In this document: piece after piece, positions 18,578-28,542 of the stretch | How the letters are laid out: the number at the start of each line of letters is the position of its first letter | How positions within the stretch are numbered: position 1 is the stretch's first letter | Source: Spirochaetia bacterium | GTDB taxonomy: Bacteria > Spirochaetota > Spirochaetia > CADAEX01 | Reading direction: 5' to 3' | Length of the DNA stretch: 64,000 bases | NCBI GenBank assembly: GCA_045606105.1 | Contig: JAZURI010000002.1 | Coordinates: 128,001-192,000, forward strand | The notes under the pieces: generated by a model | Database searches by the model: none | The model's input: the letters and a program-made list of their open reading frames with translations, nothing else | What the model was told of the DNA's origin: nothing | Translations under genes and position numbers: made by a program

Positions 18578-19262
18578 CAGTTTCCTTTATTACGTCCATA
18601 ACTCCGGCAAGGGTATTGAGGCTGCATTCAAGAAGAGTCTGCAATACACCTGTAAGCCTTCCGTGAAGCAGAAGCCTGTCGCTCCGTCCCAGAGAGACCC
18701 TGAGGGCCTGGGAAAAATCAACGGAAGAGGTATATTCAATGTATTTTGAAATACCGGGATTTTCTTTGAATGATAACATATCGGAATGCTCTTGTTCAAG
18801 TTCGGGAACCAGTCCCAGAAGATAAATTATCCTTATCATGAACTGTATATTTATGTAGATTATTTTTTCTTCAGGCCCCTTTTCCAGGAGTTCCATCGAG
18901 GTATGGAGAAGCCGGTAAAGCTCCCGGGAGCCTTCGCCTCCGCCATGGGACCTGATTACGGTCTCGAACCAGAAAAGGACCACATAATAGCGTCCCAGGT
19001 CGCTTTTCAGGCCGGTAAACCAGTCGATCGGGGTAAAGTCCTCAATTCTGGGTATCTTGTATCTGGGATTGTTATAAAGAAGAAAAATTCCGGAGGTTAC
19101 AGGCGAAACAAGGGGGCCTATCCTGCTTTTTCCCTTGTAGCCTCCGAAAGCGGTGAAATCAATTATACCGTTATCCGGGGTAAAGACCCTGACCCCTTTG
19201 TGGTACTCCCCGATACGGTAATTTTTAAGTATGATTCCCTCTTGCCTTGTATAACGGTCCAT
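18567..19262 (-). CDS. recO: DNA repair protein RecO
   Basis: EGIILKN..GE.HK.V.VFTPDNG N-terminal OB fold; coupled to recJ. Confidence 0.85.
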   Translation of the reverse strand: MDRYTRQEGIILKNYRIGEYHKGVRVFTPDNGIIDFTAFGGYKGKSRIGPLVSPVTSGIFLLYNNPRYKIPRIEDFTPIDWFTGLKSDLGRYYVVLFWFETVIRSHGGGEGSRELYRLLHTSMELLEKGPEEKIIYINIQFMIRIIYLLGLVPELEQEHSDMLSFKENPGISKYIEYTSSVDFSQALRVSLGRSDRLLLHGRLTGVLQTLLECSLNTLAGVMDVIKETDEI

Positions 19263-19284
19263 TACCGTTATTTTAACTTATGAG

Positions 19285-19701
19285 TTATTTTTTAACAATA
19301 GCAAAAGAGAACTCACAGGTAACACAGATCTTTCCGTTCACTGTCCCTTTGCCGGAAGCGAAGTAGAAAGGTCCCTTGGAACCCTTGATTTCACACTCAG
19401 TTTCAAAAAGATCTCCGGGAAGGACGGGGTTTCGGAACTTGACCTTATCAAGTCCTGTAAAAAAAGGGAGACTATTATCCGTACATTTCCCGGAGAGCAA
19501 TACACATGTGGACTGTGCCAGGATTTCACACAATACAACGCCGGGAACTACCGGATTTCCGGGAAAATGTCCCTTGAGAAACCATTCGTCTCCCCGAACC
19601 TTGTACTTGCCTCTGGCAATACCGTCTGTGACCACAGCTTCATCAACAAGAAGCATGTTGTCACGATGAGGTATGATTTTTTCGATTTCTTCCCTGGTCA
19701 T
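19285..19701 (-). CDS. fabZ: 3-hydroxyacyl-ACP dehydratase
   Basis: IPHR..LLVD, GHFPGNPVVPGV..E, KFRNPVLPGD. Confidence 0.93.
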   Translation of the reverse strand: MTREEIEKIIPHRDNMLLVDEAVVTDGIARGKYKVRGDEWFLKGHFPGNPVVPGVVLCEILAQSTCVLLSGKCTDNSLPFFTGLDKVKFRNPVLPGDLFETECEIKGSKGPFYFASGKGTVNGKICVTCEFSFAIVKK

Positions 19702-19702
19702 A

Positions 19703-20935
19703 TCATTCCTCCGCCTTTGTGAAGGCTATACAGGCGTTATGACCGCCGAAACCGAGGGAAATTGACATTGCGAGACCGATATCGGCCCTGCGTGCAACCC
19801 CTGCGACATAATCAAGGTCACATTCCGGATCAGGCTCGCAGAGACCCAGTGTAGGAGGAACGATACCATCCCTCAGAGCCTGGATTGCAACGATAGCCTC
19901 AACAGCTCCTGCCGCTCCCAGCATGTGGCCGGTCATGGATTTTGTGGAGCTGACAAGCACCCTTCCCACATTTTCACCGAAAGCCTTGTGGATAGCCACA
20001 GTTTCAGCCTTGTCGTTAAGCTGTGTACTTGTTCCGTGGGCATTGATGTAGATTTTTTCTTCATCTTCCCTGCCCGCTTCCCTGATTGCATCGATTATGG
20101 CCCTGGAAGCACCTACCGCATCCGGGTGTGGTGCAGTGATGTGATAAGCATCGCAGGTGGAACCGTAGCCTTTGAGCTCGGCATAGATTTTGGCTCCCCT
20201 GGCCTTTGCATGCTCATATTCTTCCAGAACAATAGCTCCAGAACCTTCTCCGATTACGAAACCGCTCCTGCGCTTGTCAAACGGAATGGATGCCGTATCA
20301 GGATCTTCACTGGTGGTAAGAGCCATGCAGTTTGTGAATCCCGCTACCCCGATAGGTGTGATTGCTGCTTCAGCACCTCCCGTGATAATAGCATCGGCAT
20401 ATCCGTATTTTATAGCCCGGAATGATTCCCCGATAGCACTGGTTCCTGTTGCACAGGCAGTGGTAACCGGAATACAAGGTCCCTGAGCATTAAATCTTAT
20501 TGCAATATTTCCTGCAGCCATGTTAGCAATCATCATCGGAATGAAAAGGGGTGAAACACGCCTTGGTCCCTTTTCGTTGAGCTTCCAGATTTCTTCTGAA
20601 ATGGTTACAAGCCCTCCGATTCCTGAGCCATAGTAAACACCCAGTCTTTCCGGTGCCACGTTTCCGATGATATCACTGTCGGAAACTGCCTGAACTGCAG
20701 AAGCAACGGCATACTGTGTAAAAAGGTCGCTTTTTCTGATCTCGCTCTTTTCCATGTAAAGAGTCGGATCAAAATCCTTTACCTCAGCTGCCAGCTTTAC
20801 TTTAAAATCGGTTGTATCAAACCTGGTTAATTTTCCAATACCGTTTTTACCGGACACAAGTGAATCCCAGAAGGATTTCACATCGTTTCCGATCGGGGTT
20901 ATGGTCCCCATTCCAGTAACAACGACTCTGCGCAT
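19703..20935 (-). CDS. fabF: beta-ketoacyl-ACP synthase II
   Basis: RRVVVTGMG, TACATG, NAHGTST, TGHMLGAAG, GFGGHN. Confidence 0.96.
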   Translation of the reverse strand: MRRVVVTGMGTITPIGNDVKSFWDSLVSGKNGIGKLTRFDTTDFKVKLAAEVKDFDPTLYMEKSEIRKSDLFTQYAVASAVQAVSDSDIIGNVAPERLGVYYGSGIGGLVTISEEIWKLNEKGPRRVSPLFIPMMIANMAAGNIAIRFNAQGPCIPVTTACATGTSAIGESFRAIKYGYADAIITGGAEAAITPIGVAGFTNCMALTTSEDPDTASIPFDKRRSGFVIGEGSGAIVLEEYEHAKARGAKIYAELKGYGSTCDAYHITAPHPDAVGASRAIIDAIREAGREDEEKIYINAHGTSTQLNDKAETVAIHKAFGENVGRVLVSSTKSMTGHMLGAAGAVEAIVAIQALRDGIVPPTLGLCEPDPECDLDYVAGVARRADIGLAMSISLGFGGHNACIAFTKAEE

Positions 20936-20943
20936 TATTTACC

Positions 20944-21678
20944 TCACATTGCCAGTCCGCCGTCAACGCGGATGACCTCTCCTGTCACATAATCGGACAT
21001 GGAGCTTGCAAGAAAAAGTACTGTATCTGCCACGTTTGCCGTGGTTCCGGCCCTTTTTGCAGGCACGGAAGCCACAAGGTTCTCCCTACCCGGAAGATTT
21101 TCTGTCATTTCAGTATCAATGATTCCGGGAGCTACCGCATTACAGCAGATTCCCTTGGCGGCCAGTTCTCTGGCTATAGTTTTTGTAAGCCCTATTATTC
21201 CCGCCTTTGAGGCTGAGTAGTTTGCCTGTCCTGCGTTTCCGAAAAGACCGGCAACAGAGCTGATATTGATAATTTTTCCTCCCCGTTTCCTGAGAAAGAG
21301 AGGACTGATGTGCTTTATCATGTTGAAGGTACCCTTCAGGTTGATATTCATTACAGCATCCCAGTTATCCTCAGACATGGAGAAAATAAGAGAATCCCTG
21401 GTAATACCGGCATTGTTCACAAGAATATCGATAGTACCGAAATCGGCTACGATTCTTGAAACAGTTTCCTTCACTGCGGCAAAATCAGCCACATCACACC
21501 GGTAAATTTCTGCCTTTACACCAAACTCTGCAGCCTTGGTACGAACCTCAGTGGCCTTTTCAGTGTTTCCGGCATAAATAATTGCCACATCCGCACCCTG
21601 TTCAGCCATTTTAAGGGCAATAGCAGCACCGATTCCTCTGGAACCGCCTGTTATTACGGCAGTTTTGGTCTTAAGCAT
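20944..21678 (-). CDS. fabG: 3-oxoacyl-ACP reductase
   Basis: TGGSRGIG, NNAGITRD, YSASK. Confidence 0.95.
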   Translation of the reverse strand: MLKTKTAVITGGSRGIGAAIALKMAEQGADVAIIYAGNTEKATEVRTKAAEFGVKAEIYRCDVADFAAVKETVSRIVADFGTIDILVNNAGITRDSLIFSMSEDNWDAVMNINLKGTFNMIKHISPLFLRKRGGKIINISSVAGLFGNAGQANYSASKAGIIGLTKTIARELAAKGICCNAVAPGIIDTEMTENLPGRENLVASVPAKRAGTTANVADTVLFLASSMSDYVTGEVIRVDGGLAM

Positions 21679-22591
21679 TCACAAGCTCCTCAACAGTTTT
21701 ATTCAAAGATATTTCATCTTCTACATTGAAAACTTTTACATTTTCATTAATTTTCAAAATAAAGTTTGATAAAATTTTACCCGGACCGCATTCAATGAAT
21801 GTGTCAAATCCGTCTGCAATCATATTTTCGACAATCTTCTGCCATCTGACAGGATTGACAATCTGCTTTTCAAGAAGCTCTCCGGCTCCTGACGCCTCAT
21901 AAGGTACGGCAGTATAGTTTGAATACACCGGAACAGAACCTTCAACAAAGCTGCATTCCGCAAGATCGGAAGCAAACCCGGAAGCAGCCTCCTCCATGAA
22001 CGGCGAATGAAAGCCTCCGCTTACCGGAAGCTGGAGATATCTTCCCTTTGCCCCCTTTACATCTGCCTTAAGCTGCTCCATTTCAGATGCGGAACCTGAA
22101 ACCACCAGCTGTCCGGGACAGTTGTAATTGACAGGATAAACCTGTTCATATTTACTGCAGAGGTTTTCCACAGTTTCATTGTCAAGCTTGAGAACTGCAG
22201 CCATGACACTCTCTGCCCCTTCGGCAGCACGGTTCATGTGTCCGGCCCTGGCACATACCAGTCTGAAGCCATCTTCGCGGCTGATCATTCCTGCAAAGGT
22301 TACGGCAGCCAGCTCACCGAGAGAGAAGCCTGCAGCACCATCTGCCCTGATTCCTTTTTCTTCCAGCGCAAGGGCAGCCGCAAGATCCACGCAGTAAACG
22401 CAGGGCTGGGTATTTTCTGTTTTTGCAAGAAGCTCTCCGTCCCCGGCAAAGCACTGTTCAGATGTTCCGGGACGTATGCCGTCGGCTGCGGCAAAAAACT
22501 CAGAAGCAGCTTTACTGCAGCTGCAGAGTTCCTTTCCCATACCGGTATACTGAGCACCCTGACCCGAAAAAACAAATGCTATTTTACCCAT
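21671..22591 (-). CDS. fabD: malonyl-CoA:ACP transacylase
   Basis: FSGQGAQ, GFSLGE (GxSxG), GGFHS. Confidence 0.95.
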   Translation of the reverse strand: MGKIAFVFSGQGAQYTGMGKELCSCSKAASEFFAAADGIRPGTSEQCFAGDGELLAKTENTQPCVYCVDLAAALALEEKGIRADGAAGFSLGELAAVTFAGMISREDGFRLVCARAGHMNRAAEGAESVMAAVLKLDNETVENLCSKYEQVYPVNYNCPGQLVVSGSASEMEQLKADVKGAKGRYLQLPVSGGFHSPFMEEAASGFASDLAECSFVEGSVPVYSNYTAVPYEASGAGELLEKQIVNPVRWQKIVENMIADGFDTFIECGPGKILSNFILKINENVKVFNVEDEISLNKTVEELVNA

Positions 22592-23526
22592 TTGGATGCT
22601 CCCAGAAGTGCTTTTTCTGTTTCTGAAACAAGTTCATTTATAATTTCGGCAGAGGTCTGCTCTTTTCTGACCATACCTGAAATCTGCCCTGCAATGAAGC
22701 AGCCCTTTTCCTCGTCACCGTCTACTGCAGCAAACCTGAGGGCTCCTACAGCCTTTGCTTCCAGCTCTTCATTTGAAATGGATGAATCATATTCCATCTT
22801 GAAATATTTTCTTGAGAAGGAGGATTTGAGGCTTCTTACCGGATGCCCCAGTCTTCTTCCCGTAACAATGGTATCTATATCGCTGGCCTTGAGAACACGG
22901 TCCTTGTAGTTCTGATGAATATTACATTCCTTTGCCACAAGAAATCTTGTTCCCAGCTGAACACCCTGGGCACCAAGCATGAGAGCGGCGGCAATACCTC
23001 TGCCGTCACCTATTCCTCCGGCGGCAATAACAGGAATATCTACTGCGTCACATACCTGAGGAACCAGAGCCATGGTATTCATTTCTCCGACATGGCCTCC
23101 CGATTCTCCCCCTTCTGCTACAACTGCTGTTGCACCTGAACGGGCCACCATCCTTGCGATAGCCACGGAAGGAATTACCGGAATAACCTTGATTCCCGCT
23201 TCTTTCCACATTCCCATGAATCTGAGGGGGTTTCCTGCACCGGTTGTAACTACCGGAACCTTTTCATCGGCAAGAACCTTTGCCACACCCTCCACATGAG
23301 GACTCATAAGCATTACATTCACACCGAAAGGCTTGTCTGTAAGGCTTCTGGCAATACGGATCTGTTCACGGAGATAGGATTCTTCCGCATTCATGGCGGA
23401 AATAATACCGAGTCCGCCGGCTTCGGAAACAGCTGCCGCCAGCTTACCGTCTGCAATCCAGGCCATTCCACCCTGAAGAATCGGGTATTCGATACCTAAA
23501 ATTGAACAGATATCGGTCTTAAGCAT
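22579..23526 (-). CDS. fabK: enoyl-ACP reductase II
   Basis: PILQGGMAW, EGGESGGH, AAGGIGDG; start at ATG 23526 after AGGAG. Confidence 0.93.
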   Translation of the reverse strand: MLKTDICSILGIEYPILQGGMAWIADGKLAAAVSEAGGLGIISAMNAEESYLREQIRIARSLTDKPFGVNVMLMSPHVEGVAKVLADEKVPVVTTGAGNPLRFMGMWKEAGIKVIPVIPSVAIARMVARSGATAVVAEGGESGGHVGEMNTMALVPQVCDAVDIPVIAAGGIGDGRGIAAALMLGAQGVQLGTRFLVAKECNIHQNYKDRVLKASDIDTIVTGRRLGHPVRSLKSSFSRKYFKMEYDSSISNEELEAKAVGALRFAAVDGDEEKGCFIAGQISGMVRKEQTSAEIINELVSETEKALLGASKWVK

Positions 23527-23755
23527 CAGTCTTCTCCTTAAGTCTCTTTTCAATGAAAGCAACAAGGTCACCTACTGTTGTAACCTTTTCATCGAATTCA
23601 AGCTCTACTCCGAGCTGATCCTCAAGATCCATAATCATTTCCACTGTATCCAGGGAATCGATTCCGAGATCAAGGAATGTTGTTTCCATTTTAACTGATG
23701 CCTCATCACAATCTGTGTGTTCCACAATCAACGCTCTAAGTTTTTCAAAAATCAT
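23519..23755 (-). CDS. acpP: acyl carrier protein
   Basis: DLGIDSLD phosphopantetheine site. Confidence 0.95.
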   Translation of the reverse strand: MIFEKLRALIVEHTDCDEASVKMETTFLDLGIDSLDTVEMIMDLEDQLGVELEFDEKVTTVGDLVAFIEKRLKEKTDA

Positions 23756-23773
23756 AATTTCCCTCCTGTCAGA

Positions 23774-24727
23774 TTACCATCTGATAATACAGGCTGCACT
23801 TGAAAGTCCGCCGCCGAAGGCGCACATAGCGACATTGTCGCCTCTTTTCAGGTTACCTGTTGAATTTAACTGATCAAGCATCATAGGAATGCTTGCTGAA
23901 GATGTATTACCGAATTTATTGATATTCATAAGGAATCTCTCCTGTGGAATATCAAGCTTTTTCTTTGCAAAATCAATGATTCTGCTGTTTGCCTGGTGAG
24001 GTACCACCCAATCTATATCGGAAACCGGTATTCTGGCCTGTCCTGCCACATCCTGAATGTCACGGCACATGGATTTTACGGCAAACTTGAAGGTCTCCTG
24101 ACCGTTCATCATTATGTAAGGAGCTTCCTTTACCCCTTTGTAGAACGGAGAATCTCCTGCATAGTTCGGAATCCTTATTATTTCATCATTTCCGGAAGCG
24201 GTAAGCCTGGATGCAAGATAATTGTCCCCTTCCTCAAGGAGAACGGCACCGGCACCGTCGCCGAAGATAACGGCTGTACTGCGGTCATTCCAGTCAATGA
24301 TTCCGGATATTCTTTCAGCACCGATAACCAGCATCTTCCTTACCTTCCTGCGGGCAAAGAAACCGGCTGCCGTATCAAGGGCATAGATAAAGGAGCTGCA
24401 TGCACAGTTCACATCAAGACAGGGACAGGATGCCCCCAGCTTTTTCTGCACCATACAGGCCAGGTTCGGGGATTTGTGCTCGGCAGTAATTGTGGCACAG
24501 ATAATCATGTCGATTTCTCCGGGAGCCGTATTTCCGGACTCAAGAGCCCTGAGCGATGCCTGATATGCCATATCCGAAGTGGTTTCGTCTGTACTTATAT
24601 GACGTTCCTTGATTCCCACGCGCTGGGTAATCCATTCGTCATTTGTATCCATGATTTCCGACAATGCAAAATTATCAATCGTGTTTTCAGGAACATAGCT
24701 TCCTGTAGATACTATTCTGAAGCTCAT
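23774..24727 (-). CDS. fabH: beta-ketoacyl-ACP synthase III
   Basis: DTNDEWI, ACSSF, PHQAN, GNTSSAS. Confidence 0.95.
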   Translation of the reverse strand: MSFRIVSTGSYVPENTIDNFALSEIMDTNDEWITQRVGIKERHISTDETTSDMAYQASLRALESGNTAPGEIDMIICATITAEHKSPNLACMVQKKLGASCPCLDVNCACSSFIYALDTAAGFFARRKVRKMLVIGAERISGIIDWNDRSTAVIFGDGAGAVLLEEGDNYLASRLTASGNDEIIRIPNYAGDSPFYKGVKEAPYIMMNGQETFKFAVKSMCRDIQDVAGQARIPVSDIDWVVPHQANSRIIDFAKKKLDIPQERFLMNINKFGNTSSASIPMMLDQLNSTGNLKRGDNVAMCAFGGGLSSAACIIRW

Positions 24728-25185
24728 TTTACACTCTCTATGGTTTGTTTGAAATAATTGTTAAGCTTTGAAATGGTTTTGACCAGGAATTCCCTTTCGC
24801 TTTCATCAAGCCCTTCGCTGATGCTTCTGACCATCCTTTTGTGGAAATACTGATGGCATGAATTGACCTTGCTGCCCTCCCGGGTAAGAAAAACCCGGAC
24901 TGCACGGCCGTCTGTCTGACACTGACGCTTTTCAAGATATCCCTTTTTTTCAAGCTTGTTTACGGCAACAGTTACGGAAGGCTTGGTAATACCGAGTTCA
25001 TCGGCAATCTCGCTGATGGTATACCCCTTTTCCTTCCCCTTTGATACTGCCTCCAGGAAGTGAATTTCACTGATGGAAAGATTGAGTTTTCTGCTTACGC
25101 TGTTTACTACCTTTTCCTCCAGATCTATAACATTGTTATAAATCTCTACCAGAATGTCATTTAAAGCCTCTGAAAATTCTTCCAT
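24724..25185 (-). CDS. MarR-family regulator heading the fab cluster (FabT-like)
   Basis: TISEIA..L.ITKPSVT..VNKLEKKGY..DGR winged HTH; first gene of the operon. Confidence 0.88.
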   Translation of the reverse strand: MEEFSEALNDILVEIYNNVIDLEEKVVNSVSRKLNLSISEIHFLEAVSKGKEKGYTISEIADELGITKPSVTVAVNKLEKKGYLEKRQCQTDGRAVRVFLTREGSKVNSCHQYFHKRMVRSISEGLDESEREFLVKTISKLNNYFKQTIESVK

Positions 25186-25205
25186 CAATCCACCTGAAAT
25201 TTAAT

Positions 25206-25253
25206 TAGTTTGGCTAACTAACTAAATTGTACTACTTATCGATGTTTTGTCAA
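25206..25253 (-). promoter_or_regulatory. fab operon promoter with adjacent palindromic operator
   Basis: TTGACA(25253-25248)-16-TACAAT(25231-25226); imperfect palindrome TAGTTTG-gctaa-CTAACTA at 25206-25224. Confidence 0.6.
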
Positions 25254-25311
25254 GAGTAATTGAATAAAAAATTCCGATGTGATATTTTTCAGTTGTTTTC
25301 GGGGGACTGTA

Positions 25312-25641
25312 ATGCATTACACTATCATTCTTCTATTGATATCAAATATTTTCATGACATTTGCCTGGTACGGACACCTTAAATACAGGTCCACCAACCT
25401 GCTTATCGTAATACTTGTCAGCTGGGGAATTGCCTTTTTCGAGTACATTTTCCAGGTACCGGCCAACCGTATCGGAGTCAGATACATGACTACCCCGCAG
25501 CTGAAGATACTGCAGGAGGTAATCTCACTGACCGTTTTCTCGGTTTTTTCCATATTATGGTTAAAGGATCAGTTCAGATGGAACTATATAGCTGCATTTC
25601 TGTGCATTATCCTGGCCATATTCTTCGTATTCAAAAAATAG
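25312..25641 (+). CDS. small DMT-family protein (DUF486-like)
   Basis: SNIFMTFAWYGHLK, FQVPANRIG, QLKILQEVI. Confidence 0.9.
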   Translation: MHYTIILLLISNIFMTFAWYGHLKYRSTNLLIVILVSWGIAFFEYIFQVPANRIGVRYMTTPQLKILQEVISLTVFSVFSILWLKDQFRWNYIAAFLCIILAIFFVFKK

Positions 25642-25650
25642 GAGATAAAA

Positions 25651-25938
25651 ATGAAACCGTTCTGTATTGAGGTAAGATATTTCACAAAACCAGGATGCCG
25701 GGAAAGCTTTATCAAAGAGATAAAGGAAAACAGGATTGCCGGAAAGGTCCTGACAGAAAACGGAGCCATCCGGTATGAATACTTCCTGTCGGCGGAAGAC
25801 AATGACATGGTTCTCCTGCTGGAGGAATGGGAAAGCCGTGAAGCACAGCAGGCACACATGAATCACCCAAATATGGAAACCATTGTGGCCATCAAGGAGA
25901 AATATGTGGCTTCAACCGAGCTGAAGATAATTGAGTGA
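25651..25938 (+). CDS. ABM-family (putative quinol monooxygenase) protein
   Basis: ENGAIRYEY, EEWESREAQQAH; GGAG RBS. Confidence 0.85.
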   Translation: MKPFCIEVRYFTKPGCRESFIKEIKENRIAGKVLTENGAIRYEYFLSAEDNDMVLLLEEWESREAQQAHMNHPNMETIVAIKEKYVASTELKIIE

Positions 25939-26144
25939 AGCTGTTCCGCAGAATATAATCTTGTTGTATTTATCCGAATTCTATTTTATCGGGGAATATC
26001 AGCTTGAAGCTCCCTCAACTCCACGGTCTGCAATCTCATCAAAATTGCTTTATTAACTCAATAATTCAATACTACACTTTTAAAACTATTTATTTTTAAG
26101 TACTTTTAATATCCTGCTTTTAATTATACCAACTTACAGGCAAT

Positions 26145-26171
26145 AAAAAACCCCGGCAGATTTTACCGGGG
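26145..26171 (-). terminator. tRNA terminator
   Basis: CCCCGG stem followed by T6 on minus strand. Confidence 0.75.
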
Positions 26172-26175
26172 AACT

Positions 26176-26248
26176 TGAACGATGGGGGAATCGAACTCCC
26201 GACTTCTTCCTCCGGAGGGAAGCGCTCTATCCACTGAGCTAATCGTCC
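26176..26248 (-). tRNA. tRNA-Arg(CCG); CCA not encoded
   Basis: GGACGAT/ATCGTTC acceptor, AGCTCAGTGGATAGAGC D-arm, CTTCC-CT-CCG-GA-GGAAG anticodon arm, GTTCGA T-loop; TTGACA-17-TATTAT upstream at 26287-26259. Confidence 0.95.
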
Positions 26249-26352
26249 GTATAATAAAATAATATTGTTCTCACCCCCTTCTGTCAAGCACGGAATTATT
26301 GACCAATGCTATATAAAAGTAGTATACTCTAGTAAACCGATAGGAAAAGGAA

Positions 26353-26778
26353 ATGTTTCAGATTTCAGCCGGCCTGCAGTATGGTCTCAGAGCTTTGATT
26401 TATCTCGCATCTTCGGATAAGGTGGAAAATATTGCCTCAGTATCCCAGAGGGAGAATATTCCCAGAAAGTTCCTTGAAAACATATTCACCCAGCTGAAGA
26501 AAAACATGATTGTCCGGAGTATCCGGGGACCCGAGGGTGGCTATGTGCTTGCCCGCAACGCCGGAGATATCACTCTCTACGAGATCTTCGATGCCATAGA
26601 GGGTTCTCCTACCCTGGTAAAATGCCTGGAGGACAACAAAACCTGCCATATGTCGGATGCCTGTATGGTCAGGAACTTCTGGAATGACTATCAGGAATAC
26701 ATCAGAAAATATCTTGACGACATGTCGCTTCAAGATTTGTTAGACAAATATTCTGACGGAGTGAAATTCAATGGATAA
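26353..26778 (+). CDS. Rrf2-family regulator, IscR-like
   Basis: YGLRAL, SIRGPEGGY, three Cys (CLEDNKTCHMSDAC); upstream of cysteine desulfurase. Confidence 0.88.
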   Translation: MFQISAGLQYGLRALIYLASSDKVENIASVSQRENIPRKFLENIFTQLKKNMIVRSIRGPEGGYVLARNAGDITLYEIFDAIEGSPTLVKCLEDNKTCHMSDACMVRNFWNDYQEYIRKYLDDMSLQDLLDKYSDGVKFNG

Positions 26779-27946
26779 AAGAAACGTCTATATGGACTAC
26801 AACGCTACCACCCCTATCCATCCTCTTGTAAAGCAGGAGCTTCTGGATACTCTGGATATATGCGGCAACGGTTCAAGTATGCACACTTTCGGCCGTGAAG
26901 CCATGGAAAGAATTGAAAATGCAAGAACCAAGATTGCATCTCTCATAAATGCACAGCCTAACGAGATTATTTTTACTGCAGGCGGTACAGAATCCGACAA
27001 CACTGTTCTCAACTATGTTGCATTCGGAAGCAAGACATCGGGAAAGAATGAGATCATCACCACCCCTATCGAGCATCCGGCTATTCTGGAAACTGCAAAA
27101 TTTCTCGAAAATTTCGGTATTGTTACAAAATTCATGAAGGTAGACAGCACTGGTCGTGTAAATCCTGAAGAGCTTTATGAGCTGATTACCGACAAGACAG
27201 CCCTTATTTCAGTTATGGCTGCAAACAATGAAATCGGAACCATTCAGGATATCAAAGCTATCGGTGCCATTGCCAAAGAAAAAGGTGTCTATTTCCATAC
27301 CGATGCGGTTCAGGCTATCGGAAAGATAAAGATTGATGTCAGGGATATGAATATCGACTTCCTCAGCATGTCGGGACATAAGATCTATGCCCCTAAGGGA
27401 ATCGGTATCCTCTATGTCAGAAAAGGGGTTCCTTACTGCCCTTTCATCCACGGAGGACATCAGGAGGGAGGCCGCAGGGCAGGAACTCTCAACACCACAG
27501 GTATCGTTGCTCTCGGAAAGGCGGCAGAAATGGCAGAGCTGGAGCTTGAAGAGGAATATACAAAGCTTTCATCCCTGAGGGACAGACTCAAGAAAGGAAT
27601 CATTGAATCCATTCCAGATATCAGGGTAAACGGAAACCAGGAGCACTGTCTCCCGAACACCCTTAATGTTTCATTTATCGGAGCCGAGGGTGAATCCATA
27701 CTTCTTTACATGGATCTTGAGGGAATTGCGGTTTCCACAGGTTCAGCCTGCTCCACAGGTTCTCTTGAGCCTTCTCATGTGCTTATGGCTACCGGCGTTG
27801 ATGCAGAGCTGGCTCACGGCTCCATCAGATTCAGCCTCGGCAGGGAAAACACAGAAGAGGATGTTGACTATGTACTGGAAAAACTTCCTCCTATCATCGA
27901 AAAAATAAGAAAAATGTCCACTGTTTACAGAAAGGGAGGAAAATAA
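26771..27946 (+). CDS. iscS: cysteine desulfurase IscS/NifS
   Basis: YMDYNATTP, HTDAVQ, SGHKIYAPKG, STGSACS. Confidence 0.94.
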   Translation: MDKRNVYMDYNATTPIHPLVKQELLDTLDICGNGSSMHTFGREAMERIENARTKIASLINAQPNEIIFTAGGTESDNTVLNYVAFGSKTSGKNEIITTPIEHPAILETAKFLENFGIVTKFMKVDSTGRVNPEELYELITDKTALISVMAANNEIGTIQDIKAIGAIAKEKGVYFHTDAVQAIGKIKIDVRDMNIDFLSMSGHKIYAPKGIGILYVRKGVPYCPFIHGGHQEGGRRAGTLNTTGIVALGKAAEMAELELEEEYTKLSSLRDRLKKGIIESIPDIRVNGNQEHCLPNTLNVSFIGAEGESILLYMDLEGIAVSTGSACSTGSLEPSHVLMATGVDAELAHGSIRFSLGRENTEEDVDYVLEKLPPIIEKIRKMSTVYRKGGK

Positions 27947-28542
27947 TGAATTCATGGGTATATACAGAAAAAGTAAAAGAGCATTTCACAAATCCTAAAA
28001 ATATTCTTGATGATGAAGAATCATTCGGTGCAGACGGCCGCGGAGAGGTCGGAAACATTGCCTGCGGAGACCAGATGCTGGTTGTTATCAAGGTAAAGGA
28101 CAATATCATCACAGAATGCAAATGGAAGACATACGGCTGTGCCAGTGCCATTGCCAGCACATCAATGATGAGCGAGATGGTTGTGGGCATGACTATCCAG
28201 GAGGCATACAAGATCAAGCCGGACGATATCGTAGGTGAACTGGGAGGTCTCCCGGGACATAAGATCCACTGCTCCGTACTGGGTGACAGGGCCCTGAGAG
28301 CTGCCATCGAGGATTACTGCAGGAAAAACGGACTTGAGGATAAGCTCGAGAAGGAAAAAGCCATTGTTATCTGTGTCTGCAACAACATTACAGACCAGGA
28401 TATCGAAGACTTCATCAAGAACGGAGGCAAAAGCTTCGAGGAATTCCAGGAGAAGACCAAGATTGCCACAGTCTGCGGCGGATGCAAGGAAAAAGCAATG
28501 GATGTCTTTGAAGGATATATGCACCTTTTCGGAGGACATTGA
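27946..28542 (+). CDS. IscU/NifU scaffold fused to BFD-like [2Fe-2S] domain
   Basis: ACGD, GCASAIAS, KIHCS, then CVCN...CGGC. Confidence 0.9.
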   Translation: MNSWVYTEKVKEHFTNPKNILDDEESFGADGRGEVGNIACGDQMLVVIKVKDNIITECKWKTYGCASAIASTSMMSEMVVGMTIQEAYKIKPDDIVGELGGLPGHKIHCSVLGDRALRAAIEDYCRKNGLEDKLEKEKAIVICVCNNITDQDIEDFIKNGGKSFEEFQEKTKIATVCGGCKEKAMDVFEGYMHLFGGH

